Shown here piece after piece: positions 1 through 10,800 of a stretch of DNA of 64,000 bases; within the stretch, counting starts at the first letter, position 1; every line of letters begins with the position of its first letter. A model generated the notes under the pieces. The model was given only the letters and a program-made list of their open reading frames with translations, made no database searches and was not told the origin of the DNA. Source of the DNA: an uncultured Verrucomicrobiae bacterium (GTDB lineage: Bacteria > Verrucomicrobiota > Verrucomicrobiia > Limisphaerales > Palsa-1400); assembly GCA_963764165.1 (NCBI GenBank), contig CAVXRD010000001.1, forward strand, positions 608,001 through 672,000. Reading direction: 5' to 3'. Both the position numbers and the translations under genes were made by a program.

Positions 1-524
1 TCGATTTTCTCCGTGCGCTCGCCGAGGAGCTTGGGATCGGCCAATCCGCGCTGGCGGTAAAAGGTGCGGGCGGATTGGCGGGCCAATTCAGCCTGCTTCG
101 CATCTGGCACTAAATATGAGTAAGGCTCGCTGGAAGACTTGGGTTTGTCGCCCGCGCTTTCCTCCGCGCCGGTAAAATGGTAAGCCACGCCGCTCTGGGG
201 ATCGATTTGATCGGCCCGGTAGCGCTTCTTGGTCAACAGGCAGTCAACCATTGGGTCCGCGAAGGTGCTCGTGTGGCCGCTGGCCTCCCAAATTTTCGGG
301 TGCATGATGATCGTCGCTTCCAAACCGACGACGTCATCGCGCAGGCGGGTCATCGAGCGCCACCAATAGTCTTTGAGATTGCGCTTGAGCTCCGCGCCGA
401 GTGGACCGTAATCCCAAAATCCGTTGATGCCTCCGTAAATTTCGGAGGATTGAAAGACCAGCCCCTTGCGTTTGCACAAGGAGACAATGCGTTCCATGAC
501 ATCATTAGACTTGGGTTCACCCAT
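1..524 (-). CDS. glyQS: Glycine--tRNA ligase (alpha2 type), N-terminal part; runs off the window edge
   Basis: Manual translation from ATG at 524: [55 protein letters not shown]...[17 protein letters not shown], the typical GlyRS N-terminus. Not in the supplied ORF track. Confidence 0.93.
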   Translation of the reverse strand, partial: MGEPKSNDVMERIVSLCKRKGLVFQSSEIYGGINGFWDYGPLGAELKRNLKDYWWRSMTRLRDDVVGLEATIIMHPKIWEASGHTSTFADPMVDCLLTKKRYRADQIDPQSGVAYHFTGAEESAGDKPKSSSEPYSYLVPDAKQAELARQSARTFYRQRGLADPKLLGERTEKI

Positions 525-717
525 AACACGAATAGTTCTGCAACCACGATTCCATGTCAAGACGGGTGGATGGGAGACATTAGACGAATGGGAAAAACCG
601 CCGATTACAAAACCGGGTGCATATTGGATTTGGGCCATTCATGGGAGAACTGGTAGAATCGAGCCATGGGAACTGAATTCACGACGGACAGGGCAAAATA
701 ACGACGAGGCACGCGAC

Positions 718-1497
718 ATGATCAAAATAGCGGATGTCAGCCACCATTACGGATTGCGACCGGTTTTGAGCCACATCAACCTTGAAATTCCTGACGGAAA
801 TCTGGTGGCGGTCATGGGGCCAAATGGCGTTGGCAAAAGCACGCTGCTGGGAGTCATCGCGGGGCTCATCTCGCCCGCCAAGGGTCATGTGGAAATTAAC
901 GGACTCCGCCGGCGCGCGAGCGAAGAGGTTGAACTGAAAATTCGCCAGCAAGTGGTGTATCTGCCGGATCATCCATGGCTGCCGGAATTCCTGACCGCGC
1001 GAGAATGGCTCCTCGCGATTGGCCAATTGTACGACATTGAAGCGGAGCGCTTGATGGATCACATCAGCCGCCTGCTGGATCTTTTTGATTTGGCCGACAA
1101 GGGCGACTCGCCCATTCGCACATGCTCAAATGGGCAAAAGAAAAAAATAGCCATTTGCGGCGCATTAGTGGCAGAGGCGCCGGTTCTTGTTCTTGACGAA
1201 CCATTCACCGGCGGCCTGGATCCTTCCGCCATTCTGGCCTTGCAGCGGGTATTGCAACACCTCGCCAGCCGCCCGGACATGACAATCGTGATGGCATCGC
1301 AAATTCCGGAAATGCTCGAGTTGATGGCTCACCGGATTGTCATCATTAGCGGAGCTCGCGTCGTTGCCTACGATACACTGGAAGGTTTGCGCGCCAAGAC
1401 GGGATGCCCAGGCTCGCTGCCGGAGATATTCGAGAAAATTGTCCATCCGCAGACCCTCGATCATATCGAGAAATATTTCTCCCGCCCCACGCCATGA
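718..1497 (+). CDS. ABC transporter ATP-binding protein
   Basis: Walker A GPNGVGKST, signature CSNGQ, Walker B VLVLDEP. Start placed at ATG 718 (MIKIADV) after GAGG. Confidence 0.9.
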   Translation: MIKIADVSHHYGLRPVLSHINLEIPDGNLVAVMGPNGVGKSTLLGVIAGLISPAKGHVEINGLRRRASEEVELKIRQQVVYLPDHPWLPEFLTAREWLLAIGQLYDIEAERLMDHISRLLDLFDLADKGDSPIRTCSNGQKKKIAICGALVAEAPVLVLDEPFTGGLDPSAILALQRVLQHLASRPDMTIVMASQIPEMLELMAHRIVIISGARVVAYDTLEGLRAKTGCPGSLPEIFEKIVHPQTLDHIEKYFSRPTP

Positions 1498-2693
1498 AAC
1501 GCCCCCTGCCACTCCATTCGCAGAATGTCTGGCCGCCATTTCCGCTGGTGATTGCATTCCTCGTGATTTACAGCGTGTTCAATGCGGGCATTTGGCTCAT
1601 TCACCTCCAGTCAAACCTGATGGCAAAGGAAATGAGCAATGCGCTGGACCGCGAGAGCATACATGGCGCAATTCTTGGAAGCGCTGCGGTCGCATATGCC
1701 CTCTATCGACTCGGACGATTCCATCCCGCTTGCAACCGGGCCTACAGCGCGTGGTTGAAATCATCCCCGTGGAGTTCAGACAGGCCGCTGCCGGCCGGAC
1801 CGGTGCATCTCGTCTGGCAGGACGCGGTCGCCGTTGGCTCCCTGGTGGCTCTTGCCATTTGGCCTGGGCGCGTTTACGCCTTCGCGCCCCTGATCGCATT
1901 CGCCCTGGCTTACTTGATTGGGCTGACCTGCATTCTCGCCGTCACTCGCACCTGGCCTTGCTTTTTAGCCGCTTCGTTCATCTGGCCGGGGTTCTTGCTT
2001 CTAGTCAGGGCCCCTTGGCTGTCGACGGCTCTTGGCGCCATTCTCATTCTGGTGATCTGGCGGGGCACGCGAAGAAGTTTTCAGACGTTTCCGTGGCCTG
2101 CATGGGCGAGCGCGAATCGCCTTGGCCTCTCCGGTGGCAGATCAGAACTTCCTGATTTTCGTTTCGACGGAGCCGTTTCCGATCCAATGCGCTTGGGGTG
2201 GCCCTATTTCACGCTGTCGCCCAAATTCAAACCGCGATCCATGACGGTCTCAGCCAGCCTCGCCATCAGCGCCCTTGTCGGATGGTGGCTTTACTGCTTT
2301 ATAAAATGTTTCCAAGCCGAGCCAATGCCGGCGGGCATGGTGTTGTTTCTGGCCATCGTCGCCGCGTGCGCGCGCGTTGTGATTTACTGCATGGGCGTCG
2401 TCCCACCGTTCAACGTTTGGGGGCGAATGGCCTCGCGAAGGTTCATTTTGCCGGGGTTTGACAAAGTGTTCTTGACACCAGTGGCGGTGGTGGCGGTCGG
2501 CGTGCTGGGAGGCATGTTAATCCAGCACTCCGGTTCTTGGTATCCGTCTGCAGACTGTTTGGTGGTTGCCATTCTGCTGCTCGTGTCATTCGAGGGACGG
2601 CCATCTCTTCGAGATTGGATGCTCACCGGCCAGGTTCGTTTCCACCCGTCTTTCACCCAGCGAAGCAATCGCCAGCCGCTCCGGCGCGTCTAA
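1494..2693 (+). CDS. Multi-pass membrane protein, probable permease partner of the upstream ABC ATPase
   Basis: ATGA overlap with the ATPase stop codon; many hydrophobic segments. Confidence 0.75.
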   Translation: MKRPLPLHSQNVWPPFPLVIAFLVIYSVFNAGIWLIHLQSNLMAKEMSNALDRESIHGAILGSAAVAYALYRLGRFHPACNRAYSAWLKSSPWSSDRPLPAGPVHLVWQDAVAVGSLVALAIWPGRVYAFAPLIAFALAYLIGLTCILAVTRTWPCFLAASFIWPGFLLLVRAPWLSTALGAILILVIWRGTRRSFQTFPWPAWASANRLGLSGGRSELPDFRFDGAVSDPMRLGWPYFTLSPKFKPRSMTVSASLAISALVGWWLYCFIKCFQAEPMPAGMVLFLAIVAACARVVIYCMGVVPPFNVWGRMASRRFILPGFDKVFLTPVAVVAVGVLGGMLIQHSGSWYPSADCLVVAILLLVSFEGRPSLRDWMLTGQVRFHPSFTQRSNRQPLRRV

Positions 2694-2761
2694 TCTAAAC
2701 CCGCGCACAAGGTCGTCCCGATCGCTTGAATCGTTACGATTAAATTTCGCTTGGTCCGGGG

Positions 2762-5700
2762 TCACTTGAATGACTTGTCCGGGTGAGTCGGCGGCGGCGG
2801 GACTTCCACAGGCTGCGCCTTGATTTCGTCCTGCAAAACTTGAATCGCTTTTTCCAATTGCGCGTCGTGCCCCCCGAACGTGGCGTGCGGCAGATTATCC
2901 ACCATGATATCCGGCTCGACGCCACGGCCCTCGATGAGCCATTTGCCTTCCGGCCCATACACGCCGTATTCCGCCGCCGTCGCGATACCTTTGTCAACTA
3001 GCCAGTTGTCCGACGAAAGCCAGATCTCGCCGCCCCACGTCCGCATCCCGATCACCTTTCCGAGGCCAAGGCGCTTGAAACCTTCGGTGAAAGCTTCGCC
3101 GTCCGAGGCGGTGCTTTGGTCGCACAAAACCACCACGTGCCCGCGAAAGGCATACTGCATGTTCCAATACGGCTGGCCAGCCCTGCCCTGCCAGTAAAAC
3201 CACGCCTTGCGCATCAGCTTCTCCAAAATCCAACTGTCGATGTTTCCGCCGTGATTATGGCGAACGTCAATTATAAGTCCTTTGCGGTCGAACACCGGGT
3301 AAAAATCCCGCGTCCATCGCGCGATGTCGGCGGAACCCATCGCCCGCAAGTGAAGATAGCCGATGTCGCCATGCCCCAGTTCTTCCGTTTTCAGGCGGCG
3401 GGTATATTCCCACTCGTTAAACTGCAACTCGGATTCTTCCGCGGCTGTGATGGGATTGGCGATGGTTTCATGCGACGCATTTGTTCCAGTCGATTTAATC
3501 TTGAGCAACACCTGCCGGCTGGATTGGCGGCGCAGCAATTCGCCCATCGGTTCCGAGAGCACCGGAATTCCGTTGATGGATTCGATGACATCTCCCTCGT
3601 GAACTCCCACAGCAGGGCGCGCCAGCGGCGAGGCTTCGTCCGGGTAATCCGGGTCGGTTTTAAAAATATGATCGACGCGATAACCGCCGTCTGCCGGAGA
3701 CAACGCGGCGCCCAAGGCGCCGACCCGAATGTCTTCCGGCGTCGTCCGCAAATCTCCTCCGCGAACAAACGTGTGCAGCGCCGACAATTCGCCCACCATG
3801 TCGGCAATCAAATCCGCCAATTCCTGCCGGTCTGTCACGCGGTCCACCAGCGGCAGATGCCTTTGCAAAATCTCCGGCCAATTCACCCCGTGCAGGTTTT
3901 TGTCGTAGAAGAAATCGCGTTCCAAACGCCAGGCTTCGACGAACATCTGCCGCCATTCCTGGCGCGGATGGAGTGGAAAAGTCCAATCCGCCAGCCGCAC
4001 ACTTTTTTCCAGCTTGGCCGGCGCGCCCGCGTCCGATGAAATGATGTAGAAGCTGTCGTCCTTGCGGATGAGAAGTTTCTTCCGATCCTGCGAAAGCTGG
4101 AACGAAGTGATTTTGTCCGCCAGCGTTTCCATTTTGGGATCGTCGTTTGAAATCTCTGCCACTTTCAAGGAAAGATCCGCCCGCTCCGAGCCGGAACCGC
4201 GCGCCAGGATGAACAGGCGCTTGTCCGTCATGGCGAGCTCCGAATAATTTCCATCCGGATAGGGCGCGTGCTGAATCCGGGATTGAATTCCGTCCAAGTC
4301 AATCACCACTTCCGCGGGCGATTTTTCATCCTTCGCGCTTTCGTCCGTCTCCTTTTTTTGATCGTCAGCCTTTTCCTCCTTTTTGCCGCTCTTGCCGGGC
4401 TTCTTCGGCTTTTCCTTGTCCTTGTCTTTATCCTTGTCGTGGTCGGCCGCGTGCAATTCATCATTTGGCTGGAACGGTGATCTCTCGCCTTTTTTCAGGG
4501 CGACGTAGAAAATTTCGCCGGGCGTGTCAAAATAAGGCTCAGGCGCGCGCAATCCCCACGGCGAGCCCACCACCGCCTGCCAATGCCGGTCCGACAGGAA
4601 ATACAGCCACTTGCCGTCCGGGCTCCAAGCGGGGCTGGAACTGTTGGCGCGGTCGGTGGTGATCTTGGTGGAGACTTTTGTGTTCGTATTGTAAATGCAA
4701 ATCTGCGGATAGGTGTTGTCCGCTCCGCGCACATAGGCGAGCCACTGGCTGTCCGGCGACCAGGCGAATTCCTTGAATTCCTCGACCTTCGACGTGTCAA
4801 TGACAGTGGGTTTGGCGTCGTTGGTGTTGAAAAGCCACAAATTGTAGTCCTTATCGCCAAACGCCACCCACTTGCCATTGGGCGACGGCTTGCCATCGAA
4901 TCGATAACTCTGCTTGTTGCCGGACGTCACTTGTTTTGGCTTTTCCAACCCATTAGCCGCCAATTCCACGAATTCCAACTCGCCGCTCGCATCCGACAGC
5001 GCCAGCAGCGTCTTTCCATCCGGCATGAAACGCGCCCCGTGATAACGCACCGAAGGATCGCGAGTGACTTCAACGAACCGCCCTTGCCTGGCGGGCGCAA
5101 CGAAAATCTGCCCGCGAGCCGTCAATGCGAGCCGGTCGCCGTCCGGCGAAAGGTCCGCCGTTGTCAAATAATCCATCGGTTTCTTCACCCATTTTTCCCG
5201 CTCCTGGTCGAAATCGGAACTTAGCGTGATCGGCACCATCATGTCCGTGCCAGTTCCAATGTCGTAAAGCCACAAGTCCGCTCCATTTTGGTAAACAATC
5301 CGTCCTGCCGCAAGAGAGGCGGATTTCACATCCCATCCTTTGTGCTTGGTCAATTGCTTGAGATCGCCGCCGGATGTATTCGCGGACCAAAGATTCATCG
5401 TGCCATCGCGGTCGGAGACAAAATAAAGCCTGTCCTGCCACAGCATCGGGTTCTTGCTTGTTCCCTCGAAATCCTCCATCAACGGCTCGGCTTCGGGCGC
5501 GCCGTCCGTGTATTTCCAGAGGTGCTGGATGTCGCCGCCTTTGTAGCGTTTGGTATGGCTGCTTTGGAACGGCAGCCGGGTGAAATAAAGCGTTTTGCCC
5601 GACGCATCAAACATCCCATCCGCCGCTTGGGCGAGCGGAAGGACAGTTCGCCGCCCCGTCGCCGTATCGATGGTGGCCAACTGCCAATCCGGCAGCGTGG

Positions 5701-6091
5701 CGAAGTCTCGTGTCGCGTAGAGAATTTTTCCATCCGGCGTCCAACTCACCGGCGCCGCGCTCCGCCCCTCGTAAGTCCGGCGTGTGGGCAAGCCGCCTTC
5801 GATTGGCATCGTGTAAACTTCCATCGGCCCTTCGTATTCCGCCGAGAAGGCCAGCGTCTTGCCATCGGGCGAAAAAACGGCGTTCACCTCGTTTCCAGGA
5901 TGGGATGTCAAACGCACGGCCTGGCCGCCCTGCCGTCCAACCCGCCACAAATCCCCTTCCGCCGTGAACACGACCGTGTCCTCGTGGATGGCTGGGAAAC
6001 GATAGTATCCTTTTGGCCCCTCTTCCGCCCGAAGTGCCGAGGTCAAAAGCATCAGAAGCCCCAGCGACGCCGCTCTGTAAATCGAATTCAT
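2762..6091 (-). CDS. Tricorn protease homolog (S41 peptidase with beta-propeller and PDZ domains), secreted
   Basis: Signal peptide, repeated WSPDG propeller motifs, IIDVRHNHGG, catalytic ASDGEAF, GMRTWGG, EGRGVEPDI. Confidence 0.93.
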   Translation of the reverse strand: MNSIYRAASLGLLMLLTSALRAEEGPKGYYRFPAIHEDTVVFTAEGDLWRVGRQGGQAVRLTSHPGNEVNAVFSPDGKTLAFSAEYEGPMEVYTMPIEGGLPTRRTYEGRSAAPVSWTPDGKILYATRDFATLPDWQLATIDTATGRRTVLPLAQAADGMFDASGKTLYFTRLPFQSSHTKRYKGGDIQHLWKYTDGAPEAEPLMEDFEGTSKNPMLWQDRLYFVSDRDGTMNLWSANTSGGDLKQLTKHKGWDVKSASLAAGRIVYQNGADLWLYDIGTGTDMMVPITLSSDFDQEREKWVKKPMDYLTTADLSPDGDRLALTARGQIFVAPARQGRFVEVTRDPSVRYHGARFMPDGKTLLALSDASGELEFVELAANGLEKPKQVTSGNKQSYRFDGKPSPNGKWVAFGDKDYNLWLFNTNDAKPTVIDTSKVEEFKEFAWSPDSQWLAYVRGADNTYPQICIYNTNTKVSTKITTDRANSSSPAWSPDGKWLYFLSDRHWQAVVGSPWGLRAPEPYFDTPGEIFYVALKKGERSPFQPNDELHAADHDKDKDKDKEKPKKPGKSGKKEEKADDQKKETDESAKDEKSPAEVVIDLDGIQSRIQHAPYPDGNYSELAMTDKRLFILARGSGSERADLSLKVAEISNDDPKMETLADKITSFQLSQDRKKLLIRKDDSFYIISSDAGAPAKLEKSVRLADWTFPLHPRQEWRQMFVEAWRLERDFFYDKNLHGVNWPEILQRHLPLVDRVTDRQELADLIADMVGELSALHTFVRGGDLRTTPEDIRVGALGAALSPADGGYRVDHIFKTDPDYPDEASPLARPAVGVHEGDVIESINGIPVLSEPMGELLRRQSSRQVLLKIKSTGTNASHETIANPITAAEESELQFNEWEYTRRLKTEELGHGDIGYLHLRAMGSADIARWTRDFYPVFDRKGLIIDVRHNHGGNIDSWILEKLMRKAWFYWQGRAGQPYWNMQYAFRGHVVVLCDQSTASDGEAFTEGFKRLGLGKVIGMRTWGGEIWLSSDNWLVDKGIATAAEYGVYGPEGKWLIEGRGVEPDIMVDNLPHATFGGHDAQLEKAIQVLQDEIKAQPVEVPPPPTHPDKSFK

Positions 6092-6230
6092 GTCCAGAAT
6101 TTAGCCATCGCGCCCGATGGCATCAATGGAATTGCGCGGGCCACCGGCCACCGATGTCCAGCGCTCGATGGAGTCTTCCCACGCGAAGATGCCGCTTTGG
6201 TCAGGCATAACTCAATTTTCAAAAAAATTA

Positions 6231-6700
6231 GGTGCGATTTGCTGAGATATGGTGTGATCGGCCGCGATTAGGTGATACTGGATCGAGTTTCCGCGATATG
6301 TGTGAGGCATCGAATGCTTCATAATCGTGGGAAGAGTGCAGCCGCTGTGCGAAATCCGCCTGAAGAAAACAAGCAGAGCACTGGCAGAGCACAGCATTGA
6401 ATGTGCATATAATGCATATAATCTCCAAAAACCCGCTACACCCGCTACACGGTTGACCATCAACGAGATAAGGGGCAACATTTCCGCTACAGAGCCGCTA
6501 CAAACCCGCTACATTTCTTCCGAGAGGGTTGCCATTGAATGAAACAATGTGTTTTCCATGGCCCCTTAAAGCTGCCGTCGCGGATGCGTTGGCCACAATT
6601 CATTCCACCGAAACAGCGAGGAACCCAGCATTTACTGCAATAGAGAGTGCAACAAGACTGCAATAAACCGCAGTGCAATAGGGCGCAATAGGGTGCAACG
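6231..6700. repeat. Cluster of short helically phased direct repeats
   Basis: 10-bp-period GGTGCGATTT-like units 6231-6280; GCAGAGCAC x2; TGCATATAA x2; CCGCTACA x5 (6433, 6442, 6484, 6495, 6506); TGCAA(T/C)-like units x6 (6636-6698). Confidence 0.7.
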
Positions 6701-7033
6701 TTGTTTCCGGCGGGAGCCGGTCGCAATTGACCCTGCGGACTTGATATAGGAGCCCCCTGACTTCCCTCTCGTCCAGCGTGGCTTTAGCGAAGGGGGAAGT
6801 CTTGGCGCAGGAGGTTGCTTTCCCGTCCACATGGGCTTTCCGCCGGCGCCGCCCATCGCAACAGCAGGGAATCTCATCAAACTGAAACTCACATGTATAT
6901 TCTCTGGCATACACCCATTCTGACACACGGTTATGCAAACAAAAAACCTACCGGAGGTTTTTCGCCACGATTTTTGCGGTTTTTTGCAAAGGAACTGAAT
7001 CTGGAAATCAGGAACTCAGGAACGGGTTGAGCA

Positions 7034-7062
7034 GCCCCAGATGGACGCGGATCAACGCAGAT
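7034..7062 (+). repeat. Decamer-periodic repeat (CAGAT family), left arm
   Basis: GCCCCAGATGGACGCGGATCAACGCAGAT matches the reverse complement of 13144-13172 at 26/29. Confidence 0.75.
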
Positions 7063-7312
7063 TTTTGATGGGCGATTTTGCATTGGCAAATACCGACCAT
7101 TTGAATTCTCTGCGGTCCCATAGAAACTGCCATCTCGATTCATCGTCAGCGCCCCACGGGCTTCGCCCCATCCACGTTTGTGTGCGTAACCGCGTCCACC
7201 GCGCCAAACGCGTGCAGCACCGTCAGAACTTGCCCGTGGGCGAATCCAGACATCCACAACATCCCCAACACCGCCAAAACCGAAACATTTCTTGCGCGCA
7301 ATTTCATGAGTT

Positions 7313-7485
7313 TTTAACCCGAAATCCGAGATTAAAATGGCCAAGATGCTGCAAGATCTTGGAGCAGAAATGAATTGGAAAAATTGAAGCCATACCCAAA
7401 GTGGTCTGGCGAGATTTTTTCAATTCATTTATGCACAAGAGATTGCGGCAGATTGGCCGTTTTAATCTCGGATTTCGGATTTAAA
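7313..7485. repeat. Long imperfect inverted repeat (~80-bp arms)
   Basis: Arms 7313-7392 and 7407-7485. Core CCGAAATCCGAGATTAAAA (7319-7337) pairs perfectly with 7460-7478. Confidence 0.85.
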
Positions 7486-7822
7486 GCTGTAATCCGCGGC
7501 GTGGCGGATGGCGAGGCAGCCCGCCAAGCGGGCAGCTTATAATTTGTTCTGACTCGACGAAGGAGGTCAGTAAGACCTCGCCCATTTCTAACCTCGCCAT
7601 TATTGGCCGGCTTGAGTTTCTACGGAAGCGGTACACCATCGTCCGCATCCCTCATGGACTGATTCGGGTCAGTCCAACATGATGACATATTTCACGGGTC
7701 GCACTCCCTACCCTCGAACATCGGATCGAACCCAGTTCATGGAGAAATGTGCGATTGTTTTGGACTGAGCCTTTTCCTGGCAATTCTTCCGGAGCCGGTT
7801 CAAGGCTCGCGCTACTGGGAGG

Positions 7823-10800
7823 TTAATGCGATTGGAGGCGGAAGAAGGCGGCGTTGTTCGATCCCGGGAAAGTGAATTCAAGGTTTCCCGCGCTGTCGAT
7901 AACGGCGCCGGTGCCCGGTGTGTTCATCGGGAAGGCGAGGAAGTCCAGCAAGTTCGTCGCCTTCTGCACACCAATGGTCAGAGTGAACAGGCCGTTGGTC
8001 GCGTTCTTCTGGAGGAGCGGATTGCCGACGTTTAACGCCTCCACCTGTGAGAGCGAATAGAGGCCGTAGGCGTTCGGCGAATTGGTGACGGCAGCGATGC
8101 CAGTGCCGATGCCGCTCTGGGCGAGGGCGTTGGTTTGCGCCGGCGTGAAAAGGCTGTAGGCGTTCGACGGAAACACGCCACTGTTGTAATTCGACAAAGC
8201 CAGGTCCAAGCCGGCCAGGTCCAGTGAGCCGGCCACGGGAACGTCAAAGGTCTGGTCCGGTAAAGCATTGGTGCCGTTAACATTATAAACCACGGTGCTG
8301 AAATGATAGGTGGCGCCTCCGCTCAACTGCGTCTGCCCCGTCGCATTGGTGACGCTGTTTCCCGACGGCACAGCGATGGAAATGGCGCCGCCGTAGGCCG
8401 TTGTCAAACCGGTACTGGATAGTCACCGTGGTTGGCCAGTTATTCGGGTTGACCTGCGCGGCCAGTTGCACCGGCGTGAGACCATTAACCGGGTTGTTGG
8501 AGCCAATGACGGTGGCGCTCTGGGAAATTAACTGCGGCGGCGGAAAAACCCAGGTTGATTGATACGCGCCGATGTCCACAAACCCGTTGGCCTCTCGTGG
8601 GAAACCGCGCTGGTCGGTGGTGATATCGAAGGGCGCATTCAAGATGGAAATATCGCCGGCATGCACGGCCGGACTGGTGGAAATGAGCGCCATGGTCCAG
8701 GTGGAACCTCCGTTGTTGGTGAGGGGAAGCAGGCCCGGGTTGAGCGGCGCTGCCGCCATTCCGGCCAGATCGTGATTTACTGCGTTGGTAACTCCAGAGC
8801 TCCCGTTCAGCGCGCCAATCAAATTGTAACCCTGTGAGTTGATCGTGCCGAAGATGTCCGGGGCAGAAGGTCCAGTGTTCGCAGCCACCAGCGTATTAAG
8901 CAGGGTGCAGGGGCCGAAAATTCCCCCACCACTGCCGGTGAGGCCGGCGGCTCCGTTTGGGCCGAAACTAGAGCCCGAGCCGCCGTTGTTGCCGTTGCCG
9001 CCGAGGGCGGCACTGTTGCCGCTGAGAGTGCAACAAGTCAACGCCAACCCCCCGGCGGAGCAAATACCGCCGCCGTTGCCGCCGTTGCCGCCGTTGCCAC
9101 CAAAACCGCCGAAGTGGGCCATGTTGCCGTCGCCGCCACGACCGCCATTGCCGCCGAGAGCGGCACTGTTTCCCTGGAGTGTGCAACTCGTCAAGGTTAA
9201 TAAACTGGTGCTGTAAATACCGCCACCGTTGCCACCGTTGCCACCGTTGCCGCCGTCGCCGCCGTTGCCGCCGTTGCCGCCTACGATATCGGTGCCCCCA
9301 AAACCGCCGTTGCCGCCAAGGCCAGCACGGTTTCCGTTGAGTGTGCAACTCGTCAGGGTTAATATACCGGTGCTGTAGATACCGCCGCCATTGCCGCCGA
9401 TGCCGCCGATGCCGCCGTTGCCGTCAACGGCGCCGATCCCGCCAAGACCGCCTTCGCCGCCCTGGCTGGCACTGTTTCCGTCGAGTGTGCAATTCGTCAG
9501 AGTTAGTAAACCGGTGCTGTAAATACCGCCGCCGTTGCCAGCGTTGCCACCGTTGCCACCGTCGCCGCCGGTGATACCGTTGCCGCCGTTGCCGCCGGCG
9601 CCGCCGAGGCCGGTGCTGCTGCCACTGAGTGTGCAACAAGCCAGGGTCAATTCCCCGGAGTTGTAAATACCGCCGCCGTTGGCGCCGCTCCCGCCGTTGC
9701 CGCCGTTGCCGCTGCCAACGCTGCCAACGCTGCCGTCGGGAGCGTGGCCGTTGATGATGGACAGACCGGAGATGCTGTTGGTGGTCCCGGCCGCGAACTC
9801 GAACACCCGGCTGGTTCCATTTCCGCTGATAATGAGGTTCGTCGCGCCCGGACCGCTGATGGTCAGGCTATTGGTGATGAGCAGTTCACCCGAGGTCAAC
9901 GTGATGGCGCCGTTGGTGGCGAAGGTGATGGCATCGCCGGAAACGGAATTGAGGATGGCGTTGCGTAATGAGCCCGGGCCGGAATCCGCCAGTGAGGTGA
10001 TAACATTGGTGATGGGAAACCGGGGCGTGGTGAAGGTCAGGTCCCCGCCCGCGCTGGCGCCTTCGCTGTTGAGGGCCGCCAATTGGAAATGGTAAGTGGC
10101 GCCGGGCAGCAGGCCGGTGATGAAGTTCGTCACGGACAAGGTGGCGTTGGTCGCGGCCAAGGTATTGGTCGTGCTAAAACTGCCGTAGTTGGTGTCCAAG
10201 CCGTATTGGAACCAGGCGGTGGTGGCGAAGCCGTTGGGATTGACGGTGCCGTTGAGTGCGGCGCTCGTGCTTGCAATGGCGCCAGCCGCCACCGTGGTGG
10301 TGACGGGCGATTGCGGCGCATAAACCCAGGTTGATTGATACGCGCCGATGTCCACAAACCCGTTGACCTCTCGTGGGAAACCCCGCTGGTCGGTGGTGAT
10401 ATCAAATGGCGCGTTCAAGATGGAAATATCGCCGGCATGCACGGCCGGACTGGTGGAAATGAGCGCCATGGTCCAGGTGGAACCTCCGTTGTTGGTGAGG
10501 GGAAGCAGGCCCGGGTTGAGCGGCGCTGCCGCCATTCCGGCCAGATCGTGATTTACTGCGTTGGTAACTCCAGAGCTCCCGTCCAGCGCGCCAATCAAAT
10601 TGTAACCCTGTGAGTTGATCGTGCCGAAGATGTCCGGGGCAGACGGTCCAGTGTTCGCAGCCACCAGCGTATTAAGCAGGGTGCAGGGGCCGAAAATTCC
10701 CCCACCACTGCCGGTGAGGCCGTCGGCTCCGTTAAAGCCTGGACTTTGGGTGCCGAGGTTGCTGCCGGAGCCGCCGTTGCCGCCGAGGGCGGCGCTGTTG

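Noticed and set aside
177..656. 159-aa plus-strand ORF
   Set aside because: Antisense shadow of glyQS, whose motifs are clear on the minus strand.
525..717. T-box leader for glyQS, and an 11-codon uORF (666-701) before the ABC ATPase
   Set aside because: No T-box consensus is visible; the uORF is too short to support without conservation data.
6212..7373. Short ORFs in the 6.1-7.8 kb gap
   Set aside because: Overlapping, atypical composition, built from repeat modules, and no recognisable domain.
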